From NCBI GenBank assembly GCA_965601925.1, contig OZ271854.1, forward strand, positions 4,448,001 through 4,512,000: a stretch of DNA of 64,000 nucleotides. The letters are read 5' to 3'. The notes under the pieces were generated by a model that saw only the letters and a program-made list of their open reading frames with translations, was not told the DNA's origin and made no database searches. Each line of letters starts with the position of its first letter. Within the stretch, counting starts at the first letter, position 1. Made by a program: the position numbers and the translations under genes. The stretch is from Alkalispirochaeta sp. (GTDB lineage Bacteria > Spirochaetota > Spirochaetia > DSM-27196 > Alkalispirochaetaceae). Shown piece by piece: positions 57,429-64,000 of this stretch.

Positions 57429-58589
57429 CTATCGCTGCTCCAACGTCCCGATAAGATCGATGAATGCGCGTCCGCGATTGAGACGCGCCAACCAATCTTC
57501 GGGAATGCCGATCTCGGCGCCGTCGGAGAAGAGGACGGCGCCCAGACTGCCCACGACCATCGCGCGACCGCAGCTGTCACCCGAGGCCAGAATGTTGCGA
57601 CGCGCCGCATCGACGAAACTTCGTGCGCCGAGCAAATTATGGAGCGCGGCGGGCACGCCGCTTGCGAGCCGGCAGGCCGGTCCGACTTTCATCGTGACGG
57701 CCTTATTGTCGCCCCGTTTCTGCTTCAGCACCGTCTCCATCACGGCGACGATATGGTCGGGACTCCCGTCCAGCGCCGAACGGATTCCTCCCTCCAGCCC
57801 GTCGATATTCGCCTCCTCCGAGAGCGCCCACCGCAAGAGCCGCGCGACGAAATGAGCCCACGCGACCGCCCGGTCGTTGTTATTGGTGACACGAACGGCC
57901 TCCTCGACGGCCGTGTCGTCGACACTCGACTCCGTGGCAATCAGGACGGGCACCGCGGTTACGGCGGGCAACTGTTCGTCGTCGGCTCCGGGAAAGTCAC
58001 GGGATTCCTCGATACGGTCGATCATACTCCGGGACAGTGCACGCTGCGACTCCGTGGCTCCCGCCGCGCGCAACGCATCCTCGACCGACGCTCCGAGCTC
58101 GCCGCCGCGCGTACGTTCGGCCGCCTCAAGGACCTTTCCGGCGACCGTACGTTTCTCTTTCTCGCTTCCGTCAAAGGGCGTACTCATCGCCCGTTCGTGA
58201 GTCGCACGTCGCCGGACGAGCATATTCGTGAGCGTTTCGCGAGTCGGCGTGTCGATGTATCCCACGTACTCACCCCCGAAGCCGAAGTGGGCCTCAAAGG
58301 TCCGGGCGTAATGTTGCCAGTCGAACCGACCGCGTTCGACGACCGACCGCAATGTCGTGAGGAGCCCTTCGCCGTACATCGAGCCGTCACCGGCGCGTCG
58401 CCCGCCGTGAGCGAAGTAGGAGGGAACTCCTTCGTAATTGGCCGGATCGGGTTCGAGGAACTCCGGGGTGTCGCCGGCGACTCGACGTACGCGCGGTTGA
58501 GAGTATATCCAGTGAAGCCCCAGAGCCGCCGCATCGGCGACCGCGGCTCCGAGTATCATCGCGCTCCGGCGTGAGGAAAATGCACTCAT
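57429..58589 (-). CDS. ADP-ribosylglycohydrolase family protein, J1-crystallin-like subtype
   Basis: ILGAAVADAAALGLHWIY, PEF, GYIDTPTR, NILASGDSCGRAMVVG, GIPEDWL. Confidence 0.8.
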   Translation of the reverse strand: MSAFSSRRSAMILGAAVADAAALGLHWIYSQPRVRRVAGDTPEFLEPDPANYEGVPSYFAHGGRRAGDGSMYGEGLLTTLRSVVERGRFDWQHYARTFEAHFGFGGEYVGYIDTPTRETLTNMLVRRRATHERAMSTPFDGSEKEKRTVAGKVLEAAERTRGGELGASVEDALRAAGATESQRALSRSMIDRIEESRDFPGADDEQLPAVTAVPVLIATESSVDDTAVEEAVRVTNNNDRAVAWAHFVARLLRWALSEEANIDGLEGGIRSALDGSPDHIVAVMETVLKQKRGDNKAVTMKVGPACRLASGVPAALHNLLGARSFVDAARRNILASGDSCGRAMVVGSLGAVLFSDGAEIGIPEDWLARLNRGRAFIDLIGTLEQR

Positions 58590-58640
58590 GTCGCTAAAGG
58601 TAGGTACGTCGAAAGGCGACGGCAAGACGGAGCGCGACGC

Positions 58641-59855
58641 CTAATTGTCGAGAACGGTGATTTCTACCCGACGGTTCATACGCCTGCCCGCCTCGGTCCG
58701 GTTGTCCGCGAGCGGCTCGTCGGCTCCGACGCCGCGGTAGAGAATCTGCTCGGGGCGTCGCGTACCTCGACGTAACAGGAAGTCGCCCACCGCGCGCGAA
58801 CGTTCGATCGAGAGTGCACGTCGCCCCTCGACGGTACCGGCGAGGGCGGTGTGTCCGGTAATGAGGATATCGCGATCTCGATATTGCTCCAGGATGCGGG
58901 CGATAGATCTCAGGCGCGCCTCCTCCTCAGGAAGGATATCCGCCGAGTCCGGAGGAAAGGCTACGTTCTCCAAGACGATCGAGACTCCGTCGCGGTCGGC
59001 GATCACCGAAACGCCGTGCACGTCGCCCTCTTCCAGGAGCCGCTCCATCGTATCGATCGTCGCCGAGCGGTCGAGCGGCCTCGCCTCCAAAACCTCGGTG
59101 ACCGCGGTACCTTCGTAGGTAATCGTCTGCCCGTTGGAAAGCAAAAAATGGATCCAGTACTCCTCCTCGGAGCCGGCGAGCCGTCCCCGGCTGAAATCCC
59201 AATACAGCACCTGCGAGGACCTCCCACTTACGAGGGACGGATAGAGGGCCGCGGTGCGCCGTTCGCGGTGGGCGATAGTAAACTCCGCCTCGATGATATG
59301 CACGTTCCGTCCGCGCCATTGCCCGGGCCCGACGTAGCGATAGGAGACGGGAAACGCCATACGCAGCGGTTCCGACAGGCCGTACCCTACGCTGAGATCG
59401 TGGACCTCACGTGCCGTCGCGGTCCACTGCTCGCCGAGTTCGATGTCGGAGTCGGGAAATACCGGCAGCTCCCGGGCGACGGGCATGAGATAGGCGGCGT
59501 CGACCTCCATAAAACCGCGCGGATCGCGCGTGTAGACACTTCGATACTCGTCACGAAAGCCGACCGGGTCGCCGAAGCGTCTATCCGACTCGGTCAGGAA
59601 GAACCGCGCACGATAGTGTCCGCGACCGCCGTCGGATCCCTCCGGCTCTATCTGAACTCGTGTGACGATTTGGGCCTCCCGTACGGGGTGCCCATTCAGA
59701 GATATGGTCTGATCGTTAATCGAGATCACCCGGTACGGCTCCCGGCCGTCGATGTCGAACTGAAGCCGAACGGTATCGTCGGCGCCGAGGGAAGCCGATA
59801 CGAAAAGCGTCACGAGAAAGAGACGGAACACGCGTAGCGATCTATCGCGGAGCAT
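58641..59855 (-). CDS. OmpA/MotB C-terminal peptidoglycan-binding domain protein, exported
   Basis: FPPDSA, ITGHTA, LSIERSRAV, G.GADEPLADN, NRRVEI; signal peptide. Confidence 0.9.
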   Translation of the reverse strand: MLRDRSLRVFRLFLVTLFVSASLGADDTVRLQFDIDGREPYRVISINDQTISLNGHPVREAQIVTRVQIEPEGSDGGRGHYRARFFLTESDRRFGDPVGFRDEYRSVYTRDPRGFMEVDAAYLMPVARELPVFPDSDIELGEQWTATAREVHDLSVGYGLSEPLRMAFPVSYRYVGPGQWRGRNVHIIEAEFTIAHRERRTAALYPSLVSGRSSQVLYWDFSRGRLAGSEEEYWIHFLLSNGQTITYEGTAVTEVLEARPLDRSATIDTMERLLEEGDVHGVSVIADRDGVSIVLENVAFPPDSADILPEEEARLRSIARILEQYRDRDILITGHTALAGTVEGRRALSIERSRAVGDFLLRRGTRRPEQILYRGVGADEPLADNRTEAGRRMNRRVEITVLDN

Positions 59856-60011
59856 ACGGGCCATACTATTGTTTTCGACATCACCGGGGCATCGTTCAAC
59901 CGCGACGAAGAGGGAAATGCAGCGAACGGCGCGTTTCGGCCCTACTCAATCCGCGTACCACCTTTATCTCGGCGCCGTTTTATACTATCATCCATCGACG
60001 GTTGCAGCGGC

Positions 60012-60308
60012 ATGTCCATCTATCGCGTTCATTTTATGTGGAAAGACAAAGCGAGGACGATAGAAGCACGGGGTCTCGATATGACTCACCCGTATTTCGT
60101 CTCGATCACCGAACTCCTCTTCCCGGAGCGCAGCACGGTCATCATAGATCCGAATGACGACGAGCTACGCCGGGAATTTGGTGCGGCGCACCACCTTATG
60201 ATACCATTTCAAAGTGTGCAACTCATCGAGGAGCTGTCCAAAGACGAGTCGGAGAGCGGCGGCAAGGTGATTCCCTTCTCCGTGGCTGAGCGAGACGACG
60301 ATGGATAA
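60012..60308 (+). CDS. DUF1820-like protein
   Basis: IYRVHF..FVSITELLF..VIIDPNDDELRREF..IPFQSV..IEE..KVIPF. Confidence 0.75.
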   Translation: MSIYRVHFMWKDKARTIEARGLDMTHPYFVSITELLFPERSTVIIDPNDDELRREFGAAHHLMIPFQSVQLIEELSKDESESGGKVIPFSVAERDDDG

Positions 60309-60813
60309 CCGGGACGTAAGTGCGCGCGTTCTATCGACGCTACGGCAGATCATTCGCGCCATCGACATCCACTCCCGATATCTCTCCAAGCAATACGGCT
60401 TGACCGGTCCGCAACTCATCGTCATCAGCGAGATCGCTCAGGCGGGCCCGATGACCATCGGTGAACTGGCACGCCGCGTGAGCCTGAGCCAGGCGACGGT
60501 CACCACGATCCTCGACCGTCTGGAGCTGAAACTGTTGGCGAACCGCGTGCGGGGCGACCGAGACAAGCGGCGTGTCTACGTCAATATCTCCGATAAGGCG
60601 CGCAAGATCCTCGAAAGTCACCCGAATTTTCTCCAAGAGACCTTCATGCGCCGCTTCAGTGCGTTGGAAGAGTGGGAGCAAACGCTCATGCTCTCTTCTA
60701 TTCAACGTATAGCGACGATGATGAACACCTCAGACCTCCCATCGGACGAGTACACGCTGGAAAGCGAGATGAAGGATCCCTCATGGATGCCGATGCGCAA
60801 CGCAAAGAGGTAA
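60301..60813 (+). CDS. MarR family regulator, CosR/EctR-like
   Basis: LRQIIRAIDIHS..GLTGPQL..SQATVTTILDRLE..DKR..LEEWEQTLMLSSIQRIATMM. Confidence 0.88.
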   Translation: MDNRDVSARVLSTLRQIIRAIDIHSRYLSKQYGLTGPQLIVISEIAQAGPMTIGELARRVSLSQATVTTILDRLELKLLANRVRGDRDKRRVYVNISDKARKILESHPNFLQETFMRRFSALEEWEQTLMLSSIQRIATMMNTSDLPSDEYTLESEMKDPSWMPMRNAKR

Positions 60814-61100
60814 TCAGCGAGCTCGACAACGAATGGCACACGCTCAAGCACGGTAATCCGGTGCCGGGGTTGTATCCCCAGACCGGTACCGAGTTGGTGA
60901 AGGTCAGAGGAACCTCGCGTATCGAGCACGACCATACGATCACCACCTACGAAATCGTCGTCTCCGATAGCGGTCATATCGTAGGAAGATATCGCGTCGT
61001 GGCCGAGGAGATTCAGGCGGACTACGCGACCGGATACACCGAAGAAGACGCGGACGATCCTACGAATGCCGCCGCGGGCGGTTCGGAGGCGAGGGAGTGA
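60783..61100 (+). CDS. Hypothetical protein
   Basis: AAGGA SD before ATG 60783; fills the gap between MarR and SDR with a GTGA overlap. Confidence 0.6.
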   Translation: MDADAQRKEVISELDNEWHTLKHGNPVPGLYPQTGTELVKVRGTSRIEHDHTITTYEIVVSDSGHIVGRYRVVAEEIQADYATGYTEEDADDPTNAAAGGSEARE

Positions 61101-61966
61101 CCGGGCGGCGTGTGACCGTCAAAGAGCGAGATCGGCGTCGGTTGGCGGGGCTCACGATCGCGATAACCGGCAGCAGTGCCGGTATCGGGCGCGAGACGGC
61201 GCGGATGTTACTCGACTGCGGCGCGACGGTCGTCATAAACGGCCGTAACGCTCGTCGCCTCGCGGCGGCGCATGACGAGCTGTCGGACGAGGCATCGATT
61301 ATGCGTCTTTCGGCGGTACGGGCGGACGTCGCGACCGAAGAGGGAGCGGCGGCACTCGTCTCTCATACGATCGAGCGGTGGGGCAAACTCGATGCGCTCA
61401 TCAACAACGCCGGCATTTCGATGCGCGGTTCGGTGGCCGATCTGCGTGCTACGGCGCTGGATCGGTTAATCCATGCAAACATTCGCTCAGCGGTCTTGCC
61501 CACCGTTGCGGCGCTCCCGGAGCTGATCCGTCGTCGTGGACGCGTACTATTCATCTCGACCGTCGCGGCGATTCACGGCTTTCCCGGCGTCTCGTTCTAC
61601 TCGGCGACCAAGGGCGCCGTTGAGCCCTTTGCCGACGGACTCGCCGCTGAGGTCGGGCGTGCGGGCGTATCGGTCGGAATCGTCTTTCTCGGTTTTGTGG
61701 AAAACGACCCGGACAAAACGACGCTCTCCGCGGAGGGAACGCCTTTTCATCACGAGAGAACGGCTACACACAGCCAGGCGGAGGCGGCGTCACATATCGT
61801 GCGCTGTCTCGCCCGCCGTAAACGGCGCCACATCACGATTTTCGCCGGTCGGCTTCTCGATGTAGCCCATCGCATCGCTCCGGCCGCGGTCACCGGTGTG
61901 CTCACGCGCAGCAGAGGTGCGATCCACGCCGTGGACGCCGAGGACGAGACGACACGCCGAGGATAG
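61097..61966 (+). CDS. SDR family oxidoreductase
   Basis: TGSSAGIG, LINNAG, YSATK. Confidence 0.92.
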   Translation: MTGRRVTVKERDRRRLAGLTIAITGSSAGIGRETARMLLDCGATVVINGRNARRLAAAHDELSDEASIMRLSAVRADVATEEGAAALVSHTIERWGKLDALINNAGISMRGSVADLRATALDRLIHANIRSAVLPTVAALPELIRRRGRVLFISTVAAIHGFPGVSFYSATKGAVEPFADGLAAEVGRAGVSVGIVFLGFVENDPDKTTLSAEGTPFHHERTATHSQAEAASHIVRCLARRKRRHITIFAGRLLDVAHRIAPAAVTGVLTRSRGAIHAVDAEDETTRRG

Positions 61967-61970
61967 TGGC

Positions 61971-62576
61971 CTACCGCGTGTCGCGGCCGTATACATCGCG
62001 CCATTTTCGACGCATACGCAGCATCGACTCTTCGTCGGTGTAGTCGTCGAGACGGCCCATGGGGACCCACGCAACGTCGTGGCTCTCCTCGCTCACTACC
62101 GGCGTCTCGCGGTCCGCCGCGAGAAACGCAAACCGGAGATCGTAATGAAAATGGGCCGGAACCGTCTTGTGGGGCGGAATCTCGTGAATATCGATATCGA
62201 AGGGCGTCGGGAAGAGCGTATCGGAATCTCCGACATCGCGTTCGTTCTCGGTCCACAAGACCAGGTGCCCGATGCCGGACTCCTCCGCGACCTCGCGTCG
62301 GGCGGCACCGACGACATCGCGCTCGCCGTCGGTATGGCCGCCCAGTTGAAGCCATCGCCCCAGCTTGCGATGGTGAGTGAGCAGCACCTCCTCCGACGGC
62401 GCGTGGACGACCCACGCCGAAGCGGTGATATGACCCGGCAGAGACGACCGTTCGAGACAACGCGGCCACGTCGATAGCAGGAGCGAGAAGCGACGCACCA
62501 CGTCCTCCTCCGCAGGCCAGCGACGCCGATAGATCGCAAGCGCCCGTTGCAAAGCGCGTCGCTCATCTACCGCCAC
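61971..62576 (-). CDS. NUDIX hydrolase
   Basis: GHITASA, HRKLGRWLQLGGHTDG..AARREVAEESG, DIDIH, HFHYDLRF. Confidence 0.9.
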   Translation of the reverse strand: MAVDERRALQRALAIYRRRWPAEEDVVRRFSLLLSTWPRCLERSSLPGHITASAWVVHAPSEEVLLTHHRKLGRWLQLGGHTDGERDVVGAARREVAEESGIGHLVLWTENERDVGDSDTLFPTPFDIDIHEIPPHKTVPAHFHYDLRFAFLAADRETPVVSEESHDVAWVPMGRLDDYTDEESMLRMRRKWRDVYGRDTR

Positions 62577-62612
62577 GGCACGCTCCGTACTGCGGCGTAG
62601 TCAGATCCATGT

Positions 62613-63641
62613 TCACGAGTCGCTCGAGCGAGCCCACAGGTTGATATCGCTGTCGACCGCGAAACGATCGATCTCCGCGAGCTCCTCGGTGGAGAAGGCG
62701 AGGTCGCCGAGGGCGGCCACGTTCTCCTCGATCTGTCGAGTGCTGCTCGCCCCGATGAGTACCGACGTCACCTCGTCTCGTCGCAGCACCCACGCCAGCG
62801 CCATCTGCGCGAGCGACTGCCCGCGTCGCCCGGCGATCTCGTTGAGTCCTTCGATACGCCGCAGACGCTCGGCGGTGAGCATATCGCGCTTGAGAGCCGT
62901 TCCCGATCGCGCGGCGCGTGAATCGTCCGGAACTGCTCCGAGATACTTGGAGGACAGCATGCCCTGGGCCAGAGGAGAAAAGGCGATACACCCGATCCCC
63001 TTCTCACCTAACGTGTCGAGGAGCCCGTCCTCTACCCACCGGTTCAACATCGAGTACGATGGTTGGTGAATGAGGCACGGCGTACCAAGCTCAGCGAGAA
63101 TGGCCGCGGCCTCACGCGTCTTTTGGGCCGAATAGGATGAGATTCCCGCGTACAACGCCTTTCCCTGCCGTACTGCGGTATCGAGGGCGCCCATCGTCTC
63201 TTCCAGGGGTGTGTCCGGGTCGTAGCGATGGGAGTAAAAGACATCGACGTAGTCGAGTCCCATCCGCCCCAGACTCTGGTCGAGACTGGCGAGAAGGTAT
63301 TTTCGGCTGCCCCACTCGCCGTACGGGCCGCTCCACATGTGATAGCCCGCCTTGGTGGAGATGATTAGTTCGTCACGATACGCCCTCAAATCGCCGGCGA
63401 GGATCCGACCGAAGTTTACCTCCGCGGAGCCGGGCGGAGGCCCGTAGTTGTTGGCGAGATCAAAATGGGTTATACCGAGATCGAAGGCTCGATACACCAT
63501 GGCCGTGATCGAATCGAGCGAACGATCGAAGCCGAAATTATGCCACAGGCCCAATGAGACGGCAGGAAGTTTCAACCCGCTCTTTCCGGTACGGCGAAAG
63601 ACCATTCCGCGGTACCGCGAGGAGTCCGCAACGTATGCCAT
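62613..63641 (-). CDS. Aldo/keto reductase, YghZ/L-glyceraldehyde 3-phosphate reductase type
   Basis: GLKLPAVSLGLWHNFG, THFDLANNYGPPPGSAE, STKAGY, GSRKYL, IHQPSYSM; start ATG 63641. Confidence 0.93.
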   Translation of the reverse strand: MAYVADSSRYRGMVFRRTGKSGLKLPAVSLGLWHNFGFDRSLDSITAMVYRAFDLGITHFDLANNYGPPPGSAEVNFGRILAGDLRAYRDELIISTKAGYHMWSGPYGEWGSRKYLLASLDQSLGRMGLDYVDVFYSHRYDPDTPLEETMGALDTAVRQGKALYAGISSYSAQKTREAAAILAELGTPCLIHQPSYSMLNRWVEDGLLDTLGEKGIGCIAFSPLAQGMLSSKYLGAVPDDSRAARSGTALKRDMLTAERLRRIEGLNEIAGRRGQSLAQMALAWVLRRDEVTSVLIGASSTRQIEENVAALGDLAFSTEELAEIDRFAVDSDINLWARSSDS

Positions 63642-63782
63642 TTTTTGAACGTATGCCCATTTCTCGGTCGGGTCAAGAGGAGCGCATCGGCAGTACGAGA
63701 GCCCCCACTTGCCAAGGAGACGGGTGAGCGTGCATGGTGTGAGACTCATGCAGCGTAACCAGACCACGCTTGAGGATGCGTC

Positions 63783-64000
63783 ATGAAGCAACGTCCCTCC
63801 ATGGACCCCCGGCTCGAAAATCACCTCCGAACGATCGCAGGGGACGGCACCGATATCTATCTTCTCGCCGACGGTACGATTCGCTTCATCGCCGTGCACG
63901 GTACGACGCTGGTCAATCGCATGGCGGCTAACCACCGCCTCGGCCCGACCGGCACGCTCATCCTCGGCCAGGCGTATGTGCTCGCGATCCTTTCGAGCTC
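63783..64000 (+). CDS. hslO: Hsp33 family chaperone, 5' part only
   Basis: Not in the ORF track. Manual translation MKQRPSMDPRLENHL..DGTIRFIAVHGTTLVNRMAANHRLGPTGTLILGQAY; GAGG SD. Confidence 0.65.
   Translation, partial: MKQRPSMDPRLENHLRTIAGDGTDIYLLADGTIRFIAVHGTTLVNRMAANHRLGPTGTLILGQAYVLAILSS

Noticed and set aside
63642..63935. 98-aa N-terminal extension of the YghZ-like ORF (also extensions at 14378, 42596, 42409, 9687)
   Set aside because: They overlap divergent genes or promoters; family-typical N-termini and -10 boxes point to the shorter starts
1..64000. CRISPR-Cas, restriction-modification, toxin-antitoxin, retron or other defence systems; IS elements; rRNA
   Set aside because: No repeat-spacer array, reverse transcriptase, transposase, integrase or defence-type nuclease/NTPase recognised; the nuclease at 2041 has a signal peptide and looks nutritional

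Overview
GC-rich bacterial chromosomal segment, most likely from a free-living spirochete (Spirochaeta/Alkalispirochaeta-like). This is inferred from a P83/100-family gene, a long Borrelia-type thymidine kinase and several spirochete-type hypothetical proteins. It holds about 60 densely packed CDSs. They include nth (partial), tdh-kbl with a divergent XRE regulator, hisC, fabH, an MlaEFD-like ABC operon with TPR and M23 genes, PBP1A, tdk, a YhhQ-type transporter, mutM, two HisKA_2 kinases, a GAF-PP2C phosphatase, DtxR, Crp and MarR regulators, and a partial hslO. There are three tRNAs (Pro-TGG, Arg-TCT, initiator Met). No CRISPR array, integrase, transposase, phage gene or recognisable defence system is visible. 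Best leads: (1) about 18 genes have a TANNNT -10 box 6-8 nt before the start codon with no Shine-Dalgarno, suggesting pervasive leaderless mRNAs; (2) an HTH-less ParB-domain protein with a C-terminal amphipathic helix lies directly behind PBP1A; (3) a candidate sRNA with a C-rich anti-SD-like loop; (4) a mirror-symmetric face-to-face promoter pair around a perfect 15-bp palindrome at tdh-kbl/XRE; (5) a DtxR homolog with substituted metal ligands, a Cys/His tail and its own operator; (6) a 180-bp-period duplication of the tRNA-fMet 3' end plus terminator; (7) a J1-crystallin/SelJ-like ADP-ribosylglycohydrolase with a large insertion. All family calls come from motif recognition by eye; no searches were run.
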